DNA from: Gemmatimonadales bacterium
GTDB taxonomy: Bacteria; Gemmatimonadota; Gemmatimonadetes; Gemmatimonadales; GWC2-71-9
Length of the DNA: 64,000 bases
Direction of reading: 5' to 3'
Assembly: GCA_035631315.1 (NCBI GenBank)
Contig: DASQIZ010000097.1
Coordinates: 10,097 to 74,096 of the forward strand
Part shown: positions 46,461 through 54,697 of the stretch, piece by piece
Position numbering within the stretch: the stretch's first letter is position 1
Layout: each line of letters starts with the position of its first letter
Made by a program: the position numbers and the translations under genes
Notes under the pieces: generated by a model
What the model saw: the letters and a program-made list of their open reading frames with translations, nothing else
Databases searched by the model: none
What the model was told of the DNA's origin: nothing

Positions 46461-48929
46461 TTATGGGACATGCGTCGGCGTCAGCGCGAGGAGGTTGGCG
46501 AAGAGCCGATACGCCCCCACGACACCGGCGGGAAGCTCCCGGAAGAACGACAGACCTGTGTACACGTACGTCCCGCGTCCGAGTGGCGCGACGAGCAGGC
46601 CGCCGGCGAGCGGCGGATCTCCAGGGTCGTGCATCGTGAACACCGGGTGATACGTCGAATCCCAATCATGGGCAAAGTAGAGGCCACGCTCCTGCACCCA
46701 GCCCTGCCAGTCCGACGGCCCGATGGCGTTGGGACTCTTGAGGACGCGTGACGACGAGTCGGTCACCGTCACTGCCGCATTCTCGTCCGTCACCCGGTCA
46801 TGCGGGCTGGCAATCGTCATCGGGTAGGGGGCGAAGCCGCCGCGAATGAACGGGTATTGCTGGTACTGCACCACGAGCAGCCCACCGTTGCGCGCATAGT
46901 CGAGGAGGCGGCCGTTGTTCGCCACGAGTGCCGGATCCGTCTCATACGCCCGGCTTCCGATCACAATGGCGTCGTACTTCGAGAGGTTGCCCTTGGCGAG
47001 CGTATCGGCCCCCAGCACCTCGATCGGCAGGCCGACCGCTGTGAGCGCTTCGGGCACGCGGTCCGAGGCGCCCCGGATGTAACCGATGCGGGACAGGGCC
47101 GGCAGCGCGATCGGTGCCACGCGGATATCCACCACCGATGGGTGCACCACGCCGCGCGGCTCGATGTGCGGGTAGTCGATCACCACCAGCGCGCCATCAC
47201 TGATCGTGCGGTCGGCGCCACGCACCGACGCGTGCAGACGGAAGTCCCCCGGCTTGGTATTCGCCGGCAGGTCGACCGCAAACGTGTAGCTCTTGGTCTC
47301 GTCTTCCCGCGTGAACGACAGCGAGTCGGACGGGACCGGGGCCCAACCCGACGGGACGGTGATGTCGAGCCGGCCCGTGGCCGGACCACGGTTGCGGTTC
47401 GTCACCTGCACGGTGAATTGCCGGGACCCGCCGGCCGTCTGCGGCCACACCACCATCCCCGGGGTGATGGACACTTCGAAGGGCTCCGTCACCATCAGGG
47501 GGCGCCGGACTTCGCCGCGGGCCTGATCGCGGAAGCGGTAGACGACTTCCCTGGAGAGCGTCACGGGCGCGCCATCGATCACGAGGTGCACGCGCATCGA
47601 CACCGGCGGCGGACCGAAGGGAAGACCGCGAATGTCCGCCGGCACCCCCGACCAATCGTAGAGCGCGCCATTCAGGGGCTTATCGAGGAAGTACGGCTGT
47701 AAGCGCGGAGCATCGGCAGGAACATGGACGGCGAAATGACGTTGGAGGACGGACCCGGGCGCGACGCTCGCGCCCCCATTCTCCATGTTCTCGACGGACC
47801 AGGCGGGTGGCACCGAGAAGTCGACGCCGGTGAGCCGCACCGAGTCGGTCCCGGCATTCCAGAGATCGGCCTCCACCTGCACCCGCTCGCCCCGAATCAC
47901 GATGTCGTCATCCGAAATGCCGTCCACGACCACGCCGGCGGCATCCGCGAGGGCTTTCTCCGCGAGCGCGCGCTGATCCGGATCGTCGGTGCCGAGCGCC
48001 TGGAGTGCGCGGGCGAGCAGCGGTGCCACGGCCCCGGGATCGTACGGCGAGAGACGGCGACGCGCCGAATCCACGAGCCCGACGTAAGCCTCATGGTCAT
48101 GGAGCGTGGTGTCCACCCCAGTAAAGAACCCATCAGAGCTCGACGCCGCCTTCCTGCTGGCGATCAGCGTCAGCCGGATCTGGCTCGGTCCCGGCCGCTG
48201 AATCTGACCCATGTCCTGCGACCGGTGCTGGCTTCGCCCCGCCATCGCGATCTGGTAGTACGACTCCCCCACCAGCGGATCGAGCGTGCCCGCGGCCATC
48301 CGCAGCGTCGTGCCCGCGGTATCGAAGAAGGACGAGCGGTAGAACTTCACCGGCCCCCAGCTCGAATCCTTGAGCAGGTCGAACGCCTGCCTGGCGATCG
48401 CGCCGGCGACCTGATGCTGCCCATGCCCGTCACGCGGGGTGCCCGTGAAAATCGAGACGATGACCTGCGGCCGGAACCGCCTGATGACGTCGATCACGTC
48501 CTTCAGGACGGAGTCTCGAGGCCAGAAGCGGAACGCTTCGTCAATATTCTTTGAAAATCCAAAGTCGTACGCGCGGGTGAAGAACTGGTGCGCGCCATCG
48601 AGGCGCCGCGCCGCGAGCAGCTCTTCACTCCGGATGATCCCGAGCTCGGGGCCGAGCTCTTCGCCGATGACGTTCTGCCCGCCCTCTCCGCGTGTGAGCG
48701 AGAGGTACGCCGCATCGACGCCGAGTCCGCGGGAGAGGTAGGCGAGGAGCTGGGTATCCTCGTCGTCGGGGTGCGCGCCGATCACCAGCACGCGCTTGGT
48801 GGCGCCGAGGCGCCGGAGGTCGTCCGCCAACGCCGCGACGCCGCCGGTACCGGCCGGAGCGAACTGCCCGGGGGCCGTACCCGCGGCGCCACAGATCAGA
48901 AGGGCGGTATAGAGGAGCGCTCGTCGCAT
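46461..48929 (-). CDS. Large secreted PIG-L/LmbE-family deacetylase
   Basis: Signal peptide. PIG-L motif VLVIGAHPDDEDT and HGQHQ. 822 aa. Confidence 0.75.
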   Translation of the reverse strand: MRRALLYTALLICGAAGTAPGQFAPAGTGGVAALADDLRRLGATKRVLVIGAHPDDEDTQLLAYLSRGLGVDAAYLSLTRGEGGQNVIGEELGPELGIIRSEELLAARRLDGAHQFFTRAYDFGFSKNIDEAFRFWPRDSVLKDVIDVIRRFRPQVIVSIFTGTPRDGHGQHQVAGAIARQAFDLLKDSSWGPVKFYRSSFFDTAGTTLRMAAGTLDPLVGESYYQIAMAGRSQHRSQDMGQIQRPGPSQIRLTLIASRKAASSSDGFFTGVDTTLHDHEAYVGLVDSARRRLSPYDPGAVAPLLARALQALGTDDPDQRALAEKALADAAGVVVDGISDDDIVIRGERVQVEADLWNAGTDSVRLTGVDFSVPPAWSVENMENGGASVAPGSVLQRHFAVHVPADAPRLQPYFLDKPLNGALYDWSGVPADIRGLPFGPPPVSMRVHLVIDGAPVTLSREVVYRFRDQARGEVRRPLMVTEPFEVSITPGMVVWPQTAGGSRQFTVQVTNRNRGPATGRLDITVPSGWAPVPSDSLSFTREDETKSYTFAVDLPANTKPGDFRLHASVRGADRTISDGALVVIDYPHIEPRGVVHPSVVDIRVAPIALPALSRIGYIRGASDRVPEALTAVGLPIEVLGADTLAKGNLSKYDAIVIGSRAYETDPALVANNGRLLDYARNGGLLVVQYQQYPFIRGGFAPYPMTIASPHDRVTDENAAVTVTDSSSRVLKSPNAIGPSDWQGWVQERGLYFAHDWDSTYHPVFTMHDPGDPPLAGGLLVAPLGRGTYVYTGLSFFRELPAGVVGAYRLFANLLALTPTHVP

Positions 48930-49068
48930 TTATTGAAGATACGTCAGGACATCCTTCATAACGAATTTGCCGTGCCGGGGTTCCGTCATCGGTTCGTCAC
49001 CAACTTGAACCCGTTCGTCCCCCGCCCCCAATCCTGCCCCCAAGGTATAGATTGAGGAAGGAGACCTC

Positions 49069-50928
49069 ATGACCACTGCGACAGAGCCCAAGACCGGCGT
49101 ATCCGCTGCCGAGGCCCGAGACGTTGCCGAGGCGGCCCGCGAAACCGAGTGGACCGGGCGTGGTTTCGTCCGCGATCTCTTCCTCGGCTCCCTCCAGATG
49201 GACCTGATCCACCCCTATCCGGTGGCCTCGTCGGAAGAAGAGAAACGGGCCGAGCCGTTTCTGGACGCCCTCAAGAAGTTTCTCAAGACGAACGTGGACG
49301 GGGACAAGGTCGACCGCGAGGGGGAGATCCCGCCCGCGGTGATCGAGGGCCTGCGCCAGTTGGGGGCCTTCGGGATCAAGATCCCGCGCGAGTACGGCGG
49401 GCTGGGGTTGTCCCAGCTCTCCTACATGAAAGCCATGGAGCTGGTCTCGACGGTCGACGGCTCCGTCACCGCCCTGCTGTCCGCGCACCAGTCCATCGGC
49501 GTGCCCCAGCCGCTCAAGATGTTCGGCTCCGAGGCGCAGAAGAAGAAGTTCCTGCCCCGCCTGGCCAAGGGGTCGATCTCCGCGTTCGCCCTCACCGAGC
49601 CCAACGTCGGGTCGGACCCGGCCAACGTCGAAACCCACGCGGAGCCGACGGACGACGGCGAGGCGTGGATCCTGAACGGCGAGAAGATGTGGTGCACCAA
49701 CGGGACCATCGCGGAGCTGATGGTGGTGATGGCCCGGACGCCGTCCAAGGTGGTGAACGGGAAAGAGAAGCGGCAGATCACCGCGTTCATCGTCGAAGCC
49801 GATTCCCCCGGCGTGAAGATCGAGCACCGGTGCCACTTCATGGGCCTGCGGGCGCTCTACAACGGCGTGATCAGCTTCAAGAATGTCCGGGTCCCCCGGG
49901 AAAACGTGCTCTGGGGTGAGGGCAAAGGCCTGAAGCTCGCGCTTACCACCTTGAATACCGGCCGCCTCACCCTCCCCATCTCCGCCGTCGCCGTCGGCAA
50001 GCGTTGCCTCGAGATCTCCCGCCAGTGGTCGAACGAGCGGGTGCAGTGGGGGCTCCCCATCGGCAAGCATGATGCCATCGCCCAGAAGCTCGGGACCATG
50101 GCCGCGAACACCTTCGCCATGGAGTCGGTGGCCGAGCTGTGCGGTGCCATGGCGGACCGCGGCGGCTACGACATCCGGCTCGAAGCGGCGATCGCCAAGC
50201 TCTACAACTCGGAAGCCGGTTGGCGGATCATCGACGACACGGTGCAGATCCGCGGCGGGCGCGGCTACGAAACCGCGGATTCGCTCAAGGCCCGCGGCGA
50301 GAATAACTGGCCCGTCGAACGGATCATGCGGGACTTCCGCATCAATCTGATTTTCGAAGGCTCGAGCGAGATCATGCACCTGTTCATCGCCCGCGAGGCG
50401 GTGGATAAGCACCTGCAGACGGCCGGCGACGTCGTCATGCCCGGCAAATCCATCGGCCAGCGCCTCGCCGGACTCTGGCGCTCCGCCCTCTTCTATGGGT
50501 GGTGGTATCCCACGCGGTGGATCGGCTGGAGCTTCTGGCCCAAGTACGGGGAGTATGGCGCCCTCGCGACGCATCTCCGTTTCGCGGAGCGCGCGTCCCG
50601 TCGTCTCGCGCGTGGCGTGTTCCACTCGATGCTCCGCTTCGGTCCCAAGCTCGAGCAGCGCCAGTCCGTGCTCTTCCGGCTCGTGGATGTCGGCGCAGAG
50701 CTGTTCGCCATGACCGCGTCGTGCGCGCGGGTCCAGATGCTGAAGAAGAAGGATCCGGCTGCGGGCGCCCGTGCCGAGAAGATTGCTGCTCTATTCTGTG
50801 AGCAGGCCCGTCATCGCGTTCGGGTGAAGTTCCAGGAGATGTGGAGTTCTGCAGACGTACCGACGTATCGCGCGGCGCAGGAAGTCCTGAAGGGGGAACA
50901 TCTTTGGTTGGAGAAGGGACTGGTTTGA
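49069..50928 (+). CDS. Long acyl-CoA dehydrogenase
   Basis: GGAAGGAG RBS. TEPNVGSDPANV, KMWCTNG and VQIRGGRGYET motifs. Confidence 0.85.
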   Translation: MTTATEPKTGVSAAEARDVAEAARETEWTGRGFVRDLFLGSLQMDLIHPYPVASSEEEKRAEPFLDALKKFLKTNVDGDKVDREGEIPPAVIEGLRQLGAFGIKIPREYGGLGLSQLSYMKAMELVSTVDGSVTALLSAHQSIGVPQPLKMFGSEAQKKKFLPRLAKGSISAFALTEPNVGSDPANVETHAEPTDDGEAWILNGEKMWCTNGTIAELMVVMARTPSKVVNGKEKRQITAFIVEADSPGVKIEHRCHFMGLRALYNGVISFKNVRVPRENVLWGEGKGLKLALTTLNTGRLTLPISAVAVGKRCLEISRQWSNERVQWGLPIGKHDAIAQKLGTMAANTFAMESVAELCGAMADRGGYDIRLEAAIAKLYNSEAGWRIIDDTVQIRGGRGYETADSLKARGENNWPVERIMRDFRINLIFEGSSEIMHLFIAREAVDKHLQTAGDVVMPGKSIGQRLAGLWRSALFYGWWYPTRWIGWSFWPKYGEYGALATHLRFAERASRRLARGVFHSMLRFGPKLEQRQSVLFRLVDVGAELFAMTASCARVQMLKKKDPAAGARAEKIAALFCEQARHRVRVKFQEMWSSADVPTYRAAQEVLKGEHLWLEKGLV

Positions 50929-50987
50929 GCTACGAGACGCGCAGGGGCAAAGACGAGACGCACAGACGCGCAGATGGTGAACAAGTC

Positions 50988-51023
50988 AAAAGGGGCCAGG
51001 AGAGACTCTCCTGACCCCTTCTT
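50988..51023. terminator. Bidirectional intrinsic terminator hairpin
   Basis: AAAA-GGGGCCAGGAG-AGACT-CTCCTGACCCC-TTCTT. 11-bp stem with one mismatch, between convergent stops 50928 and 51061. Confidence 0.6.
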
Positions 51024-51060
51024 CGTGCAACCCATCGGTGCGTCTGGTGCGTCTAGTAGC

Positions 51061-51729
51061 TTACGCTGCCTGATGGGCAATCATGATGCTTCTGAGACGT
51101 TCGGGGCTGTCACCGGTGGAATCCCCGTAGGGGGAGGGGTGCCCGGTCTCGTCTGCGACGATACTGGGGCAAACGAATTCGTATTGCCTCGCCCGAATCC
51201 TACCGGCAGCTATCTCCGTCGCGACGGGCGTCGCGATCGCCACTTTGATGGCACCGAGCTGCTCGACGGCTTTCGCGGCGGCGAGGACGCGCCAGGGATA
51301 GATGACCTGACCGTCGACGATGACGGCCGCGATCCCCTTCACCGGCTTCACCGGCCGCTGAGTCCGGTAGAGCACCAGATCCTGCCGGACGCGCGCCCGC
51401 GACTCCTCGATGGCCCCCTGCAGCTTCTCCAGCAGGTTCATCCCCGGCTGAAAGTCGGGATCCATCTCCGCCGGCGCCGACTCGGCCATCGCGCCGATGG
51501 GCGCGAGGTTCGACCCCAACTTGATGAACGACGCCACGATGACGTCGAACGTGGCCCCCATGGCCTTGGCGGCGTTGGCGGCGATTTCGACCCCTTCGGG
51601 CGTCACCCCGAGCAAAATGCAGGACCGGTACCCGCGGGACGCCAGCTGCTCGCCCAGGAGGGAACCGGCACCCGACTTGGTCGGGTACAGGCTGGGACGT
51701 TTCGGGGGGGTGGGGTTGTTCGAGGTCAC
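51061..51729 (-). CDS. Phosphoribosyltransferase-like protein (degenerate PRPP loop)
   Basis: GSLLGEQLASRGY and AAVIVDGQVIYPW resemble type-I PRTases, but the acidic/ATG loop is not conserved. Start ambiguous: GTG 51729 is preferred; the track uses TTG 51747. Confidence 0.45.
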   Translation of the reverse strand: MTSNNPTPPKRPSLYPTKSGAGSLLGEQLASRGYRSCILLGVTPEGVEIAANAAKAMGATFDVIVASFIKLGSNLAPIGAMAESAPAEMDPDFQPGMNLLEKLQGAIEESRARVRQDLVLYRTQRPVKPVKGIAAVIVDGQVIYPWRVLAAAKAVEQLGAIKVAIATPVATEIAAGRIRARQYEFVCPSIVADETGHPSPYGDSTGDSPERLRSIMIAHQAA

Positions 51730-51817
51730 GGGGCGAAGATACGTCAAACCGGGATTCTGAAAAGAGGGAGACCGCGGTTATCTTTCGCCCCGTCACCCCT
51801 CACATCCAGGACAGGTC

Positions 51818-53104
51818 GTGCCAACCAACTCGCTGACCGTCACCGATAACCGCACCGGCAAGAACTACGAGCTCCCCATCCAGGATGGGATGATCCGGGC
51901 CGCCGACCTCAGGCAGATCCGCACGGGGCCGGACGATTTCGGCATCATGAGCTACGACCCGGCCTACATGAATACGGCCGAGTGCCGGAGCGCCATTACC
52001 TACATCGATGGCGACAAGGGGATCCTGCGGTACCGCGGGTACCCGATCGATCAGCTGGCGGAAAAGAGCACCTTCCTGGAAACCGCCTACCTCTTGCTGC
52101 ACGGGGAGCTCCCGAACAAGGCAGAGCTGGACGGCTGGGTCTACAACGTGGTCCACCACACCATCATTCACGAGAACATCAAGAAGTTCATCGACGGCTT
52201 CCACCACGACGCCCACCCGATGGGCGTGTTCGTTTCGACCGTGGCGGCGCTCTCGACCTTCTATCCCGAAGCCAAGCACATCGACGACGAGACCTCGCGC
52301 CGCAACCAGATCTTCCGGCTCATCGCCAAGACACCGACGCTCGCCGCCTTCGCCCACCGGCACAACATCGGGATGCCGTACGCCTACCCCGACAACGATC
52401 TCAGCTATACCGGCAACTTGCTGAACATGATGTTCAAGGCCACGGAGGTGAAATACGTCCCCAATCCCGTCCTCGAGCGGGCCATGGACGTCCTCTTCAT
52501 TCTCCACGCCGACCACGAGCAGAACTGTTCGGCTGCGGTGATGCGCGCGATCGGCTCGTCCCACGCGGACCCCTACTCGGCGATGGCCGGCGCGGCGGCG
52601 GCGCTGTACGGCCCCCTGCATGGCGGTGCCAACGAGCAGGTGTTGCGAATGCTCCGGGAGATCGGCGACAAGTCGAAGGTGCCGGCCTACATCGAGCGGG
52701 TGAAGCGGGGTGAGGTGAAGCTGATGGGCTTCGGCCACCGCGTCTACAAGAACTACGATCCGCGCGCCAAGTACATCAAGCAGACCGCCGATCAGGTGTT
52801 CGAAGTGACCGGCAAGAATCCGCTCATCGATCTCGCCCTGGAGCTCGAGCGGATCGCTCTCCAAGACGACTACTTCGTGACGCGGAAGCTCTATCCGAAC
52901 GTCGACTTCTATTCGGGCATTATCTACGAAGCCATGAAGTTCCCGGTGGACATGTTCCCGGTGCTCTTCGCCATCGGCCGCACTCCCGGCTGGCTCGCGC
53001 AGTGGCAGGAGATGTTGCTCGACAAGGAGCAGAAGATCGCGCGGCCGCGGCAGCATTATGTCGGCGCCGCGGAAAGAGCGTATGTGCCTCTGAACAAGAG
53101 ATAG
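51818..53104 (+). CDS. gltA: Citrate synthase
   Basis: GFGHRVYKNYDPRA, HADHEQNCS, full-length 428 aa, GTG start. Confidence 0.9.
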   Translation: MPTNSLTVTDNRTGKNYELPIQDGMIRAADLRQIRTGPDDFGIMSYDPAYMNTAECRSAITYIDGDKGILRYRGYPIDQLAEKSTFLETAYLLLHGELPNKAELDGWVYNVVHHTIIHENIKKFIDGFHHDAHPMGVFVSTVAALSTFYPEAKHIDDETSRRNQIFRLIAKTPTLAAFAHRHNIGMPYAYPDNDLSYTGNLLNMMFKATEVKYVPNPVLERAMDVLFILHADHEQNCSAAVMRAIGSSHADPYSAMAGAAAALYGPLHGGANEQVLRMLREIGDKSKVPAYIERVKRGEVKLMGFGHRVYKNYDPRAKYIKQTADQVFEVTGKNPLIDLALELERIALQDDYFVTRKLYPNVDFYSGIIYEAMKFPVDMFPVLFAIGRTPGWLAQWQEMLLDKEQKIARPRQHYVGAAERAYVPLNKR

Positions 53105-53115
53105 AAAGCAAGAGA

Positions 53116-53187
53116 CGTCGAGAGGCACTACGTCGAGAAGCACTACGTCGAGAAGCAAAGCGTACGCTCACGCCTTGTTTCTCGACG
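53116..53187. repeat. 15-nt tandem/inverted repeat element, copy A (3 forward + 1 reverse units)
   Basis: Forward units CGTCGAGAGGCACTA, CGTCGAGAAGCACTA and CGTCGAGAAGCAAAG at 53116, 53131 and 53146. Reverse unit CCTTGTTTCTCGACG at 53173-53187. The inner 18-nt arms pair with 2 non-Watson-Crick positions. Confidence 0.8.
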
Positions 53188-53190
53188 CCT

Positions 53191-54408
53191 TTACCTGCGC
53201 CGTCTCCCGCCCGTACGAATCCCCACCGAACGTGACGGTCGCGCCGCCGCTTGCTCAATCGCCCGAGGCTGCAGCGGCGGTACCGACGGTTCGAACCCCG
53301 GTATCACTTCCCGCGGGAACGTCTTGCCGATGAGCTTCTCCACGTCGGCCATCATCAGCCATTCATCGGGAGAAATCAGGGTCAGTCCCAGGCCCTGAGC
53401 GCCCGCGCGGGCCGTCCGGCCCACCCGGTGCACGTAGGCCTCGGGATCATTCGGCACATCGAAGTTCACCACCATCCGGATTCCATCCACGTCGATGCCG
53501 CGGGCGGCGATGTCGGTCGCGACGAGGATCTCGGTTCGCCCATCGCGGAATTCATCGAGCGTGCGCTGACGATGGCTCTGCGCCTTGTCACCGTGCAGGG
53601 CGTGCGCATGAATCCCCTGCTTCCGGAGATGGGTCACGAGCTTGTCCGCCCCGTACTTGGTGCGGGTGAACACCAGCGTCTGCCCTTCGGGCTTGGCCTT
53701 CAGGATCGCGACCAGCACGTCCTTCTTCTTCGCCTTGTCGACGGCCACGATCACATGCTCGATGCCCTCGGCGGTCTGCGCCCGGCGGCCGATTTCCACC
53801 GACGCGTGCCCATTCAGGGCCTTCCGCGCCAGCGCATCGACTTCGGGCGAGACGGTCGCCGAAAACAGCATGGTCTGCCGCTCGTCGGGGAGGGTCCGGA
53901 GGATCCGGTTGACGTCGGGCGCGAATCCCATGTCGAGCATCCGGTCCGCTTCGTCCAGGACCAGCACCTCGAGCCTGGTGAAATTGACGTGCCCGCGCTC
54001 CATGTGGTCGAGCAGTCGGCCCGGCGTCGCGACGACGATATCGACGCCGCGCGTCAGCGCCTTGGTCTGCGGCTCCATCCCGACGCCGCCGTAGACGGCG
54101 GCCGCCGACACGGTCAGGTGGCGCCCATAGGCCCGTGCGCTCGTCGCGACCTGCTCCGCGAGCTCGCGCGTGGGCACCAGGACCAGCGCGCGCGTGACGC
54201 CATGACCTCCGCTCTGCGACAGCCGCTGGAGGATCGGCAGCATGAACGCGGCGGTCTTGCCCGTGCCGGTCTGCGCCGAGCCGATGAGGTCGCGGCCCTC
54301 GAGCGCGAGGGGGATGGTCTCCTGCTGAATGGGGGTGGGGCGCTCGTAGCCTTCCTCGGCCACGGCGCGCACCAGTTCGGGCATCAACCCGAGTGCTGAA
54401 AACGGCAT
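53191..54408 (-). CDS. DEAD-box ATP-dependent RNA helicase (RhlE-like)
   Basis: AQTGTGKTAAF, LDEADRMLDMGF, SAT, HRVGRTARAG. Confidence 0.9.
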   Translation of the reverse strand: MPFSALGLMPELVRAVAEEGYERPTPIQQETIPLALEGRDLIGSAQTGTGKTAAFMLPILQRLSQSGGHGVTRALVLVPTRELAEQVATSARAYGRHLTVSAAAVYGGVGMEPQTKALTRGVDIVVATPGRLLDHMERGHVNFTRLEVLVLDEADRMLDMGFAPDVNRILRTLPDERQTMLFSATVSPEVDALARKALNGHASVEIGRRAQTAEGIEHVIVAVDKAKKKDVLVAILKAKPEGQTLVFTRTKYGADKLVTHLRKQGIHAHALHGDKAQSHRQRTLDEFRDGRTEILVATDIAARGIDVDGIRMVVNFDVPNDPEAYVHRVGRTARAGAQGLGLTLISPDEWLMMADVEKLIGKTFPREVIPGFEPSVPPLQPRAIEQAAARPSRSVGIRTGGRRRR

Positions 54409-54597
54409 GAAATACGTACTCCTTCACACACACGCACTCCACCTCCGGCCTCAGTGCCGGCGATGGCGGAGTCACTACGTCGATTGAACCTGGGGAATGA
54501 GTCCGGGCGTGTGTACAGCGCCGGTGCCCGCTCCTGAGCGGGACTGTCCTTCGGAAGGATGCCAGCTCGCGGTCCGAAGACAACCTAACTACAAATG

Positions 54598-54694
54598 CGT
54601 CGAGAGACAAGACGTCGAGAAGCAAGACGTTACGCCTCGCTTCTCGACGCTTTGCTACTCGACGCCTTGTCTCTCGACGGTTTGTTTCTTGACG
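54598..54694. repeat. 15-nt tandem/inverted repeat element, copy B (2 forward + 4 reverse units)
   Basis: Forward units CGTCGAGAGACAAGA and CGTCGAGAAGCAAGA. Reverse units CCTCGCTTCTCGACG, CTTTGCTACTCGACG, CCTTGTCTCTCGACG and GTTTGTTTCTTGACG, each exactly 15 nt. Confidence 0.8.
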
Positions 54695-54697
54695 CCC

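Noticed and set aside
48997-53158. Long minus-strand ORFs 48997..50625 (542 aa) and 51800..53158 (452 aa)
   Set aside because: They are antisense to the well-supported acyl-CoA dehydrogenase and citrate synthase genes. The composition is typical of high-GC shadow frames.
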